Source of the DNA: Escherichia coli
GTDB lineage: Bacteria; Pseudomonadota; Gammaproteobacteria; Enterobacterales; Enterobacteriaceae
Length of the DNA stretch: 64,000 nt
Strand: one strand, 5' to 3'
Assembly: GCA_009729775.1 (NCBI GenBank)
Contig: GCA_009729775.1_4081.1
The notes under the pieces were generated by a model. That model searched no databases. It saw only the letters and a program-made list of their open reading frames with translations, and was not told the DNA's origin. This document shows positions 38,631-48,486 of this stretch, piece after piece. The position numbers were made by a program, and so were the translations under genes. The first letter of the stretch is position 1. Each line of letters starts with the position of its first letter.

Positions 38631-39186
38631 TCTTAAATAACTCCAAGTGCATGTCGTATAAATCTCTGAAGTCTTCATAGAAATCTTTTTCTTCGAGAAT
38701 ATTCTTTAAACTGGGAATCTCTTCCATAATTTCATCTATATCTGATTCTATGAAAAATCCTGATGGATTATCGTAGTTTTGTAACAGATAACTGAAAGTA
38801 ATAATGTAAAGAAGTTCATTAGGATTGTGAATTAAACTTAGCTGGAACATAGCTGATTCTAAATCTGATTCAGTACTAAGATCAACCCAACGTGAATTTC
38901 TATAATCAACTCGTACTTGACTTGTATTTGGATTCCATGTGAAGCAATGTGTACCAATATGACCTATACAACCAACCCTTGTACTGTCTCCGGTATCAAC
39001 ACTGATATCAACAAATAGTTCAATACCGATATCGGTTGATGTTACACGACCTTTTTTCAGAAATAAATCATTATCCTTACGAAATTGTTTGGATGAAAGA
39101 GTGTCAATGATGCACATCAATGTTTTTGCAAATGCAACACAATGACGAAATTCAAGCCTATGAAATTGGTAATCATTGATATTCAT
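38623..39186 (-). CDS. family A paralog
   Basis: motif LESAMFQLSLIHN. Confidence 0.55.
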   Translation of the reverse strand: MNINDYQFHRLEFRHCVAFAKTLMCIIDTLSSKQFRKDNDLFLKKGRVTSTDIGIELFVDISVDTGDSTRVGCIGHIGTHCFTWNPNTSQVRVDYRNSRWVDLSTESDLESAMFQLSLIHNPNELLYIITFSYLLQNYDNPSGFFIESDIDEIMEEIPSLKNILEEKDFYEDFRDLYDMHLELFKNG

Positions 39187-39725
39187 AATTCAACCCTCAA
39201 TATTTTATCAGCAATTGATATAACCTTATCATTGAATACATTACCAATCTCAATCCTTATATACATAGCAGGTGGAATCTTTCCTTGTAGTGAATAATAT
39301 GTTTGTATACCTAAGTACTCATTATCTGATAATGAAAATTTGATTCTCTCCATATCAATGTCTGTTACTGGTAAATCTATCATTTCATAATGGTAGTCAA
39401 CGTTTTCAGTGTATATTTTATCGAAGTAATTTGAATAATCACTACTAATATAGATGCTATCATCACGAATAATCACTTTATAATCAGAAGGTTCAAATTT
39501 ATCTTTAGAAGAAAAGAATGCATCATCTATCTTCTCTTCTCTTATACCGAATAACATTTTACCATCATATTTTACATCAAGAATACTACCTAGTATATTA
39601 ATGGTACAATGCTCATCAATATTATGACGTAAAGAACGAGTCTTGTATTTTGGGTTAATGAAAATTTTCATTAATTTTATACAAATTTCAGTAATGCATT
39701 TTACATTCTCATTTTCTATGTACAT
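39183..39725 (-). CDS. family A-like paralog (divergent)
   Basis: weak motif ERIKFSLSDNEY. Confidence 0.4.
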   Translation of the reverse strand: MYIENENVKCITEICIKLMKIFINPKYKTRSLRHNIDEHCTINILGSILDVKYDGKMLFGIREEKIDDAFFSSKDKFEPSDYKVIIRDDSIYISSDYSNYFDKIYTENVDYHYEMIDLPVTDIDMERIKFSLSDNEYLGIQTYYSLQGKIPPAMYIRIEIGNVFNDKVISIADKILRVEL

Positions 39726-40212
39726 TAAAAGCCCTCTTTAATTCTTTTACATTTTTAATGAATACTTTCATTGCAGAAATCTCAAAAGATAATGTATTAA
39801 ATTTGCAGTACTTTTTAAAGTACGACATAATATATAACATTTTGAGTTCTTTTTCTGTATAAATTAAACTGTTTTGAAAGTAACTTTCTTCGGAAATGTC
39901 CGTAAGAAAAGAATAAAATGTATTTTGCTTGTGCACAATTTTAATACTATCAGACCAAGATTTGTAAGAAACGTAATCAGTACGTGCAAAATCATATAGT
40001 GAATTAGATGTATCTGTGTATGTTTCCGAGAACACAATCTTATATATCTTATCTTGAATTCGAGAACATATGTACCTATGGTCATCTGTCTCACTGATTG
40101 CAATGTATCTATGGAGTAAATCTTTATGAGCATTGATGAACTCAAACACTTCTAAACACTCCCTAGCGAACTTCATAGTTTCTCTGTACTTTCGGTTCAT
40201 TAGTCTCTCCAA
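39709..40212 (-). CDS. family A paralog
   Basis: motif SEESYFQNSLIY. Confidence 0.6.
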   Translation of the reverse strand: MERLMNRKYRETMKFARECLEVFEFINAHKDLLHRYIAISETDDHRYICSRIQDKIYKIVFSETYTDTSNSLYDFARTDYVSYKSWSDSIKIVHKQNTFYSFLTDISEESYFQNSLIYTEKELKMLYIMSYFKKYCKFNTLSFEISAMKVFIKNVKELKRAFNVHRK

Positions 40213-40613
40213 ACTTTACCAGGGAAGTGTTTCTCGTAGTACTCATCATCACTTAACATATAATCAGGAGTTTCTACTTCTATGGTTTTGAAGATTGTTT
40301 CTGGAATGTGTGTGACTTTATTGGGTTGTACTTTATGTTCGCGTAAAACCTTCTGTATCGCTCCTAGACGTTGTAAATCGATACATGTAGGAAAGACTAA
40401 GCTGTACTGAAATAACTCATCAGGGGTCATTATAGACACATCTTTAGCTTGTTTGATTTGATAATTAGTACTAATGAATATATCAAATCCTTGTACAGCA
40501 TTATAGCTTACATAGGTTGTTTTATTTTTGTCAATAGGAGCACTTAAACGATATCCATATATCCCGTGTTGGTCAACAACACATCGTTGCATAATTTTAA
40601 TCATTTCGAACAT
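40200..40613 (-). CDS. family A paralog
   Basis: motif PDELFQYSLVF. Confidence 0.6.
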   Translation of the reverse strand: MFEMIKIMQRCVVDQHGIYGYRLSAPIDKNKTTYVSYNAVQGFDIFISTNYQIKQAKDVSIMTPDELFQYSLVFPTCIDLQRLGAIQKVLREHKVQPNKVTHIPETIFKTIEVETPDYMLSDDEYYEKHFPGKVWRD

Positions 40614-40959
40614 AATTTACCTCGTGTGTGATATAACTCCACGCAGTAAGAATATCTATTTGTATATCCTGTACTTCATGAAAATATTTAAGTACCTTCT
40701 GGTATTCCATTATTTTGTACACATCTTCAGTACTGATAGTGCTCTGCTGAAACAATTCCTCTTCTGATAAAGTACTATAATCAGGGATTTTTATTTCTGA
40801 ATATATATCATTTATCTTTCCATTGTCTTGATAAATCTGGATATAAAATTGATTGTATTCTGGAATATAGGTTACATAATGATTGTGTCTGATTACATAT
40901 CTTGAAACAAAGTATTCAGTACCATCAGTCATGTACTGAATTGTTGTCGTATTTTGCAT
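40597..40959 (-). CDS. family A paralog
   Basis: motif SEEELFQQSTIS. Confidence 0.6.
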   Translation of the reverse strand: MQNTTTIQYMTDGTEYFVSRYVIRHNHYVTYIPEYNQFYIQIYQDNGKINDIYSEIKIPDYSTLSEEELFQQSTISTEDVYKIMEYQKVLKYFHEVQDIQIDILTAWSYITHEVNYVRND

Positions 40960-41419
40960 TCAAATAATCCACGCATTTATAGTATACTACTAAATCTAAA
41001 AAGAATCGTTGTTTGTATTTGTAATGATGAAGTAGTGCACCATAAAATAACATAGCATTAAGTACTTTTACATCATGAATACAAGAACCCTGAAAGTACA
41101 TTTCCTCTGACATGAACACTAAATCATCATACTTAACAAATACTGCTTCTCTATAATTGTCAATATTAATCTTCAAATCAGACCCAGGGCAATATGAAAT
41201 GTATCCGGCTTTGTAATGAAAGTCATTGTCATCAAAGTACTCGGTATAGATTTGATTACCTCTTTCATTAGTAAATGCAAGTCTTCCGTTGGATGAACTA
41301 AACTCATCGTATTCGAACATACCACCAAATGGGTCAGGACTTCTGAACTCCTTTGCAATGCGATAGATATTTTCTGCAAATTCTAAAACACCATCGTAAT
41401 CATATTCTGTAGTAATCAT
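40925..41419 (-). CDS. family A paralog
   Basis: motif SEEMYFQGSCIHD. Confidence 0.6.
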   Translation of the reverse strand: MITTEYDYDGVLEFAENIYRIAKEFRSPDPFGGMFEYDEFSSSNGRLAFTNERGNQIYTEYFDDNDFHYKAGYISYCPGSDLKINIDNYREAVFVKYDDLVFMSEEMYFQGSCIHDVKVLNAMLFYGALLHHYKYKQRFFLDLVVYYKCVDYLNAKYDNNSVHD

Positions 41420-41892
41420 AAACCATTTTTCTCCAGGTACTCAATAATACAATCGAGATTGTTCAGGTCCAAGTAGAAATGATCACTATCTGAATTTAGT
41501 TCATTTTTAAGGGCAGTGTAAATCACTGAACTGAAAACAATCCTCTCTGGATACACAGTACTGTACTGGAAGAACTCTTCTTCAGTGTTAATTTCAGCCG
41601 TATCAAATCCTTCATTTATAAGATGATGATTGTAGTATTTGAAATTATCTGAACTTGGGAAATGGTATGAAATAAAATCACCACTTGGTACTTCATCAAG
41701 CACTCTAATACTACAAGTTGATTCATCTGAACTATAGAGTAACACATCCATAAAGGAAAGGTATCCATTTCGTTTTTTGACTGTATGTTTGCCTACGGAA
41801 AAATCTTCAGTAACATTTGTAAGGAATTTATAAACCCTGATAATGTCTTTTGCTATTTTTTGTGCATTGCTAAATGATAGGTCTTTGGACAT
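41416..41892 (-). CDS. family A paralog
   Basis: motif TEEEFFQYSTVY; N-terminus MSKDLSFSNAQKIAKDI. Confidence 0.6.
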   Translation of the reverse strand: MSKDLSFSNAQKIAKDIIRVYKFLTNVTEDFSVGKHTVKKRNGYLSFMDVLLYSSDESTCSIRVLDEVPSGDFISYHFPSSDNFKYYNHHLINEGFDTAEINTEEEFFQYSTVYPERIVFSSVIYTALKNELNSDSDHFYLDLNNLDCIIEYLEKNGL

Positions 41893-41925
41893 TGTGATAT
41901 AACCCTTTACAATTAATATAAAGAG

Positions 41926-41955
41926 ATTATATCACAAAGAATCGGAGGGTGTCAA
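41926..41955 (-). promoter_or_regulatory. near-consensus sigma70 promoter (TTGACA-18-TGaTATAAT)
   Basis: Reverse complement reads CTTGACAccctccgattctttgtgaTATAAT about 30 nt before the ATG at 41892. Confidence 0.45.
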
Positions 41956-42488
41956 GATGGGTTGCGAAGTTCTACCATTTCTTTCCAAACTAATTGGTAA
42001 TCTTCTAAGTCCAGATAGAAGTCTTCATTCCAGTGCTCATGAAAGTACTTATACATGAATAGAACTCCTAAATCGTATGCAGGAAACAATAATGATAGTT
42101 GAAAGTAGTATTCCTGATTTAAAACTATATCAATAAACTCTAATGTACGTATGCCACCTTTCGATGAACGTATCTCAATGTGTGAGGTATCCTTCATACA
42201 GTAACACATGAAACCACCTCTAAATTCTGGATCATATTCACATTCGAACTGCTCACTGTTGTTATAGAAATCTCTCCCACTTTCTTGATCTTTCGGTCTA
42301 CGTACTGATACATGAATATTTTTATCACGGTACATTGAACGATTTAGTATTTTCAAACATTTGAACTTATCTTCTTTAATGAACTTGATAATATCAATTA
42401 TATCTTGTGCTGTACTGATAGCTGATTCGAATGTATCCAACTTAAGATGATTATATTGGGTTCCAGAGTTCATTTTTTTATCTAACAT
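41952..42488 (-). CDS. family A paralog
   Basis: motif NQEYYFQLSLLF; start trimmed to MLDKK. Confidence 0.55.
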   Translation of the reverse strand: MLDKKMNSGTQYNHLKLDTFESAISTAQDIIDIIKFIKEDKFKCLKILNRSMYRDKNIHVSVRRPKDQESGRDFYNNSEQFECEYDPEFRGGFMCYCMKDTSHIEIRSSKGGIRTLEFIDIVLNQEYYFQLSLLFPAYDLGVLFMYKYFHEHWNEDFYLDLEDYQLVWKEMVELRNPS

Positions 42489-42495
42489 ATAAACC

Positions 42496-42837
42496 TCATA
42501 ATTCATACATTTTTGATTTGAACTGCATATGACCACCTATTTCACATGGATAACAATTCATAATTTTGTTCAATAGAATCTGGTATTTTTTAATAACTTC
42601 TATATCAATTTTTATATTACTATTAAAAACTAATGATTCTTGAAATAATTCCCCCTCGTCAAGTGAAGTAAAATCATTTATCTTCAAGGGTATATTGTTG
42701 CATCGCAAGGAGAATGTATTTTCATCACGAATTAAAGTATAGAAATCATTATGTTTTTTATTATAATCAAATTTAACAAGTAGTAGTTTAATATGAGTAG
42801 CGTACATTACTTTAACTAATTCAGATTCACGTCGCAT
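42496..42837 (-). CDS. family A paralog
   Basis: motif DEGELFQESLVF. Confidence 0.6.
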   Translation of the reverse strand: MRRESELVKVMYATHIKLLLVKFDYNKKHNDFYTLIRDENTFSLRCNNIPLKINDFTSLDEGELFQESLVFNSNIKIDIEVIKKYQILLNKIMNCYPCEIGGHMQFKSKMYEL

Positions 42838-43193
42838 ACCATACCTCTCTTATGATGCAAACATTCTTGCATAATGTGTTGTATTTTTCGTAACAGAAAC
42901 ACATCCAGTTCATTAAAAACAGTACTGTACTGGAACATCTCTTCTTCCCCGTACTCAGTTAAATCATCAATTTCATCTCTAGAAACAGCTACAATATTAA
43001 AACCACGTGTACTACAATAACCCTTAGTAAGATAATATATGTACTTGTACTCTCCGTTGATATCTAAGAGATCTTGTGTGATACAGAAGCTTTTGGGTGA
43101 CAGTTTATCATCAGGAACCATATGCCTTGCTTGTACATAGCAACGGATACCATCACCTATACTATATGTAATAACTTCAAATTCAATCTTCAT
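42816..43193 (-). CDS. family A paralog
   Basis: motif GEEEMFQYSTVF; start trimmed to MKIEFEV. Confidence 0.55.
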   Translation of the reverse strand: MKIEFEVITYSIGDGIRCYVQARHMVPDDKLSPKSFCITQDLLDINGEYKYIYYLTKGYCSTRGFNIVAVSRDEIDDLTEYGEEEMFQYSTVFNELDVFLLRKIQHIMQECLHHKRGMVCDVNLN

Positions 43194-43545
43194 AGGTGAA
43201 TATAATCCTTTTATATTGCTCAGGTGCAGTACTGAAACGTTTGATTGGATAATTATCAAAGATTCTTTTCATTTCTTTCTGGATTAAACATAAGAAATCA
43301 AAGTTACAATCGTACTTATTATCCCATACTAAACTTTCTTGGAATAACTCATCCTCTTGCATTAGTGTAGTGTCAATTACATCTTCACGGACATAGCTAT
43401 ATACTTCATAGCTCTTGAAGCCATCTTCTGATAATTCTAATTCATATGCAGCCATATCAAACATATCATCATGGTTTGTCTTCAAAGATATTAAACAAGT
43501 AACTAATTTTTTAGTTGTATAGTATGTAATACTTAATGTGTTCAT
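43183..43545 (-). CDS. family A paralog
   Basis: motif QEDELFQESLVWD. Confidence 0.6.
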   Translation of the reverse strand: MNTLSITYYTTKKLVTCLISLKTNHDDMFDMAAYELELSEDGFKSYEVYSYVREDVIDTTLMQEDELFQESLVWDNKYDCNFDFLCLIQKEMKRIFDNYPIKRFSTAPEQYKRIIFTYED

Positions 43546-43550
43546 TTGTT

Positions 43551-44153
43551 TTATACCTCAGTATATAGCTTACAATAGCTTTCATCGAAATTACAAACAC
43601 TTCTCAAGTACTGACACAGGTCATTGAAAATATTTACATTTGATATATATACATTATCAAATTCTGTTCGTTGAAAGAATGTATGCATAGAATTTGTAAT
43701 ATATCGCATTGCATCTTCACGTCCCATAGTTATATCATTTGTGAACATTGCATCTTCATCAGTACTGATGTGTTCTATTTTAAATGATTTCATAAATGGA
43801 ATACTCTTTCCTAGGGCATAACCATCACCATATGATGCTTCTACTGCACCTTTAGAATAAAGGAATTGATATAAGTCCGAATCACGATTATAAAAAGTAC
43901 GACATACGGAGGAACATAATTTATTATCTATATGAAATAAAAATCTTTTAGCATTTTTGTCTAATACTATTCGCAATGCATCACTCTCTAGAAATATATC
44001 ACCATCAAGCATAAATGAGAACTGTACTAATGCTTTTTCTAAATCCGCTCGTTTGTGATAAATCATTTCCTGCATATATATAATATCATTTGCTAATTTC
44101 TTAAAAAACAAATGCACATCTGCACTACAACATTTATTTGCATTTATTGACAT
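43551..44153 (-). CDS. family A-like paralog (divergent)
   Basis: weak motif DEDAMFTNDIT. Confidence 0.4.
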   Translation of the reverse strand: MSINANKCCSADVHLFFKKLANDIIYMQEMIYHKRADLEKALVQFSFMLDGDIFLESDALRIVLDKNAKRFLFHIDNKLCSSVCRTFYNRDSDLYQFLYSKGAVEASYGDGYALGKSIPFMKSFKIEHISTDEDAMFTNDITMGREDAMRYITNSMHTFFQRTEFDNVYISNVNIFNDLCQYLRSVCNFDESYCKLYTEV

Positions 44154-44704
44154 AATAGTTCCTTATACATATGATGTACTTTACAAATCTCATTATAGTA
44201 TTTCATATCAATGTCATTTGTATTAAAAACGGAAACAGACAATACTGCTAACTTATCAATTAAGTAATTATTATCGGCGTACTCTTTTAACTTATTGAAC
44301 ATATAGATGCATTTTATGCTTAATTCATCATGCAACACACTGTTCTGAAAAATATTCTCTTCAGTATTAGGAGATAAGTAATCTTCAATTATATACGATA
44401 AACTACTATCGCAATCTTTATAGATTGAAATTGATGGATGTAATGTGTCATACATTACACTAAACAGAACACCGTCATATGTGGATATTAAACTATTATT
44501 GGAAACAGTAGGATGATAATATTTCAGTACTGAAAACTTTGAACAATCAGTGCAGTAAAAATGATCCATCCCTCGACGACTTTCGTATGAGAATAGTTTA
44601 CTTGTATATTCAATCCCTTTGGTGCGACGGATTGTTTCATGCATTTCTGCACATTGCATTAAAATTACCATACGTTCAAACGCAATATCTAAATCATCGT
44701 ACAT
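44144..44704 (-). CDS. family A paralog
   Basis: motif TEENIFQNSVLHD. Confidence 0.6.
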   Translation of the reverse strand: MYDDLDIAFERMVILMQCAEMHETIRRTKGIEYTSKLFSYESRRGMDHFYCTDCSKFSVLKYYHPTVSNNSLISTYDGVLFSVMYDTLHPSISIYKDCDSSLSYIIEDYLSPNTEENIFQNSVLHDELSIKCIYMFNKLKEYADNNYLIDKLAVLSVSVFNTNDIDMKYYNEICKVHHMYKELLCQ

Positions 44705-44885
44705 AACGGATATCCTTCTTCAGCGAATTAATATATTCCAAAATAACTTGTTCCTGATATTGGGTTCCCAAGTACATCAGGACTTTCAACTCTTTGAATT
44801 CAGTACTATATGAGTCTGTTTGCATCATTCTAGTAGAATATATATTGAATAGTTTAGCAATGTCATTTTGGTCTATTATTTTCAT
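44694..44885 (-). CDS. family B paralog (embedded in family A array)
   Basis: 63 aa; motif LMYLGTQYQEQVILEYINSLKK. Confidence 0.5.
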   Translation of the reverse strand: MKIIDQNDIAKLFNIYSTRMMQTDSYSTEFKELKVLMYLGTQYQEQVILEYINSLKKDIRYVR

Positions 44886-45084
44886 ATATTCTCTTCTGGA
44901 TTAGTTCCTGTAAGTGCTGAATATAACCCTTCATTGCAACATCCTGTTTGTTAGAGCCAACGAAGAACAAGAGCTTAAAGTCATGGTAATCCATTTTTGG
45001 TTTAGTAGTGAACCATATGTCCCACACTGCACTCACAGTTCTCATGTATTCAATTCGATTAAATGTTTTTGAATACTTCATCAA
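44863..45084 (-). CDS. family B-like paralog (embedded in family A array)
   Basis: 73 aa; motif FFVGSNKQDVAMKGYIQHLQEL. Confidence 0.45.
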   Translation of the reverse strand: MMKYSKTFNRIEYMRTVSAVWDIWFTTKPKMDYHDFKLLFFVGSNKQDVAMKGYIQHLQELIQKRIYENNRPK

Positions 45085-45595
45085 TGTTAATCGCCAATAA
45101 GTTAATATACAAATTACTGTTAAATGCTATCTGCAATTCCATATAGAACTGAATGATAGCATAGTCAGGGTCAGTACACGATAGTTGAAAACACTGTTCG
45201 TCAAATGCATTGTAATTGTACTTAGGGATGTGAATTTCACGCTTCAAATCAGGTTGACCCCACTTCATCGCATACACACCAATGTTATTGTTCTTTTTCC
45301 TTTTCTTAAATGTTAATTGTTGAATATTTCCAGCGTTGTCTAGGAAAATAGTATTATTCGACACAGGTGCACCAATAGAAAACAATGATGTATCAATTAC
45401 GTGTGTCTCACGCACCTCACACTTCTGGAATGCCCCAGTACCCTGTAATACATAATGAAAATTGTACTTCTCATTAACAACAGTACTAGGATCGATTAAA
45501 CCAGTACTGCATTTTTTGAGTACTGGTACAATGGTGCGAATCTTTTTTGATAAATCTTGTAATGCATCAAAGTCATTGATGTTAACTTTCATCAC
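45059..45595 (-). CDS. family A paralog
   Basis: motif FDEQCFQLSCTD. Confidence 0.55.
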   Translation of the reverse strand: MMKVNINDFDALQDLSKKIRTIVPVLKKCSTGLIDPSTVVNEKYNFHYVLQGTGAFQKCEVRETHVIDTSLFSIGAPVSNNTIFLDNAGNIQQLTFKKRKKNNNIGVYAMKWGQPDLKREIHIPKYNYNAFDEQCFQLSCTDPDYAIIQFYMELQIAFNSNLYINLLAINIDEVFKNI

Positions 45596-46041
45596 TCGAA
45601 TGTAGCCTCTTCAGTAGTAACAAAATTGGTTAGTGTATCCAGTTCAGCAGTGTCAAGATAAAATACATCTAGTACAGATTTCTGATATATTACACTGAAT
45701 GTGCATAGATTGTCAAGTGTCCCTTGTTCATAAACAGTACTACCCTGGAAGTACCCTTCTTCAGTACTCAGGGATAAAATATCTGAAATTTTAAAAGATT
45801 CTTCAGTTGCATGTCTTTCTATATTAACTATATTGCCGTTTCGGTTCAATGAAATATAATCGTATGCTAACTCAATTAGACTATAATTATCCGCATTAGT
45901 GTCAAATAAAGCGACAATTTTTCGTCTCAATCTCTCATCGTGATCATGGTTTTCATCAGCTAAGTATTCAGGATTTTCTTTGAAGAATTTAACGACGCGT
46001 AGAATATCATTTGCTTTCTTGATTGCACTTTCGTAACTCAT
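45592..46041 (-). CDS. family A paralog
   Basis: motif TEEGYFQGSTVY; N-terminus MSYESAIKKANDIL. Confidence 0.6.
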   Translation of the reverse strand: MSYESAIKKANDILRVVKFFKENPEYLADENHDHDERLRRKIVALFDTNADNYSLIELAYDYISLNRNGNIVNIERHATEESFKISDILSLSTEEGYFQGSTVYEQGTLDNLCTFSVIYQKSVLDVFYLDTAELDTLTNFVTTEEATFE

Positions 46042-46346
46042 AATAATTCAACCACTCCATCTCTAAAGTACATATAACTACCACCATTGGATACTGTGAA
46101 TTCTATTGTCCCCAATAATATATTATATTTTTTTATTTCACATGTAGTACTTGTAGTGTAAGGCTCACCATCTCCTAAGTACATTGACATATGACATAGA
46201 ACTTTTCTACCAGCATATTTCTCTTCAAACGATTGTTCAAAACTATGCATAATTTGATTTAAAGCTGAAATGTAATTAATAAAGTCAGGTATTTCTGTTA
46301 ATGAATTATAAACCGTACAAAGTGAATCAAATTCATTTTTAGTCAT
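46038..46346 (-). CDS. small hypothetical protein (family C-like, embedded in family A array)
   Basis: 102 aa; KYAGRKVLCH...GG beta-rich C-terminus. Confidence 0.45.
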   Translation of the reverse strand: MTKNEFDSLCTVYNSLTEIPDFINYISALNQIMHSFEQSFEEKYAGRKVLCHMSMYLGDGEPYTTSTTCEIKKYNILLGTIEFTVSNGGSYMYFRDGVVELL

Positions 46347-46660
46347 TATATTTCTATCTCAATGTAATCCTGTGTGATTAAGTAATTCCAATGATACTTC
46401 ACCTGCTTTTGTAATTCAATTAACGTAAAGAAGTTGATCGATTTATCCCACACGAGCGATTCCTGGAAAATAAATGATTCATGTTCATCGTAATAATCAC
46501 ACTCTAAAAAATCAGGTATATATTCACTATCGTGAATGTATTCAACAAATGAACTAGCTTGGCATTTCTTTACTACTAGTAATAATGAATTATCATGATC
46601 AAACAGATACAATAAACTAATTTCACCAGGGACGTACTGAACACTGAATAAGTTTTTCAT
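46346..46660 (-). CDS. family A paralog
   Basis: motif HESFIFQESLVWD. Confidence 0.6.
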   Translation of the reverse strand: MKNLFSVQYVPGEISLLYLFDHDNSLLLVVKKCQASSFVEYIHDSEYIPDFLECDYYDEHESFIFQESLVWDKSINFFTLIELQKQVKYHWNYLITQDYIEIEI

Positions 46661-47109
46661 TCTATACCTTCTGGATCTTTACGAAGTTCTTCGAAATCCA
46701 AATAAAATCGAGGACAGTTAACACTCTTTAAGTACCACATAATAACTAATGCTTCAAGTACTTCATCATCGTAAACAGTACTGTTTTGGAAGTAATACTC
46801 TTCACTATCCCACGGACCTTCCAGTACTTCATAATTCAAAATTAATGGTTTTTTGCGATTAATAAAACGAATGCTACCATTTTCAACATAACTAATAAAT
46901 TCTGCATCTCTATTGTATTCAGAAAACGATATAGGACTATTGGAATTCAACCCAAGAATAACCCTTACACCAACGGAGTTATTATACATTTCATCCTTGT
47001 AGTAGTTGCCGTTCTCGGCTTTGTACACTTCTTTGAACTTTCCTGCCTTTATATCGTCAAAGTATCCATGTAGTTCTTTTGCTTTTTCAAGAGCACTTTG
47101 TAATGACAT
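46657..47109 (-). CDS. family A paralog (subgroup MSLQSALEKAK)
   Basis: motif VLEGPWDSEEYYFQNSTVYDDEVL...WYLKS...FYLDFEE. Confidence 0.65.
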   Translation of the reverse strand: MSLQSALEKAKELHGYFDDIKAGKFKEVYKAENGNYYKDEMYNNSVGVRVILGLNSNSPISFSEYNRDAEFISYVENGSIRFINRKKPLILNYEVLEGPWDSEEYYFQNSTVYDDEVLEALVIMWYLKSVNCPRFYLDFEELRKDPEGIE

Positions 47110-47575
47110 TACCTTCTCCTACAGTATTCTCTACATATTCATAATCAAAATAGAAACTACTGGAGTCAATACTTTTGAAATACCACATAATTACAATAAC
47201 ATCTAATTCTTCTTCATTGTACAACGTACTATTCTGGAAGTAATATTCTTCACTATCCCACGGTCCTTCCAGTACTGAATAAGGAATGATAGTGTCATCA
47301 GCATCACTATCTGTGTTGTAGATGGTAATATCTTCATTACGACAATAACTAATGTACTGATTGTACATATGATATTCACAGTTATCACTGTCACCAGTAT
47401 CAGTGTGCAGTACTAATGTTTCTGCACATATCTCGGACTCGTCATAATCGTCACGGTCTTTTACAAAAAATTCAGTATCAGATGTTTTATATACACCTGG
47501 TACTGAACCTTCCTGTACCATAATCATGTACTCATGAATCTTCTTTGCTTCTTTCAATGCACTTTGTAATGACAT
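47087..47575 (-). CDS. family A paralog (subgroup MSLQSALKEAK)
   Basis: motif SEEYYFQNSTLYNEEEL...WYFKS. Confidence 0.65.
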   Translation of the reverse strand: MSLQSALKEAKKIHEYMIMVQEGSVPGVYKTSDTEFFVKDRDDYDESEICAETLVLHTDTGDSDNCEYHMYNQYISYCRNEDITIYNTDSDADDTIIPYSVLEGPWDSEEYYFQNSTLYNEEELDVIVIMWYFKSIDSSSFYFDYEYVENTVGEGNVITKCS

Positions 47576-48018
47576 TACAAATCCCCTGTACTTAAATATT
47601 CACATGCTCCCCAGTCAAGAAAGAATGGTTCAAAATTCAATTCCTTAAAGTACCACAACACAACCAAGGAATCAAGAATTTCTTGGTTAAAAATGAGACT
47701 CTGTTGGAAGTAATACTCTTCAGTACCCCACGGGCCATCAAGTACCCCGAAGTCAACAGGTGTATTTGTTGTGTCAAAAGTAATCTTAGTACCTGGAATA
47801 TATACAAAAAAATTAGTATATTGACTACATGAAGAGTACTGTATAGTATTGTCTTTATCCTGTCCCATAAGTAAAATATCATCAGAGTATGTCTTTATAC
47901 CTGATAGATAATACTCATCACCAAATGCACTTACTTTATCACCATAGAAACCACTTTTTATGTTATCGTGGAAGTGATGTATTCTGTGTGCTAGTTCAAG
48001 TGCACTTGCTAAACTCAT
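47575..48018 (-). CDS. family A paralog (subgroup MSLASALELAH)
   Basis: motif TEEYYFQQSLIFNQEIL...WYFKE. Confidence 0.65.
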   Translation of the reverse strand: MSLASALELAHRIHHFHDNIKSGFYGDKVSAFGDEYYLSGIKTYSDDILLMGQDKDNTIQYSSCSQYTNFFVYIPGTKITFDTTNTPVDFGVLDGPWGTEEYYFQQSLIFNQEILDSLVVLWYFKELNFEPFFLDWGACEYLSTGDL

Positions 48019-48485
48019 ATATCCTCTTTAATAACTCGTAGTAGATCCAAGTCCAAATAGAAGCTAGGACAATCTGTATTATTAAAGTACCACAGAATGA
48101 CAAGCTTGTCAAGTACATCTTCCTCGTAGATAGTATTCTGCTGGAAGTAGTACTCTTCACTTCCCCAGTCATTATCCAGTACTGAATACGGAAGATGTTT
48201 CTCTGCTGCACCAGATATAATGTCAGAATCTTGTATTAAAATATCAGCATCACGACAGAAGTACATGTAATTATCTTCCAAATTAACATCACACCCATTG
48301 AGTGTTGTTTCAGAAGAATCTAAGTTTTCTTCATACATGTGAATGTACTCACTACTGTCATCGTATCTCATTCGACAATATGATTTACCTTCCTTGAATA
48401 GATATCCATTAAGACAATTTGCTACAATTTCTTTGCTGCATAAATCAATTAACTTCGCAATCTCTAATGCTCTTTCTAAACTCAT
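48015..48485 (-). CDS. family A paralog (subgroup MSLERALEIAK)
   Basis: motif SEEYYFQQNTIYEEDVL...WYFNN. Confidence 0.65.
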   Translation of the reverse strand: MSLERALEIAKLIDLCSKEIVANCLNGYLFKEGKSYCRMRYDDSSEYIHMYEENLDSSETTLNGCDVNLEDNYMYFCRDADILIQDSDIISGAAEKHLPYSVLDNDWGSEEYYFQQNTIYEEDVLDKLVILWYFNNTDCPSFYLDLDLLRVIKEDI

Positions 48486-48486
48486 T

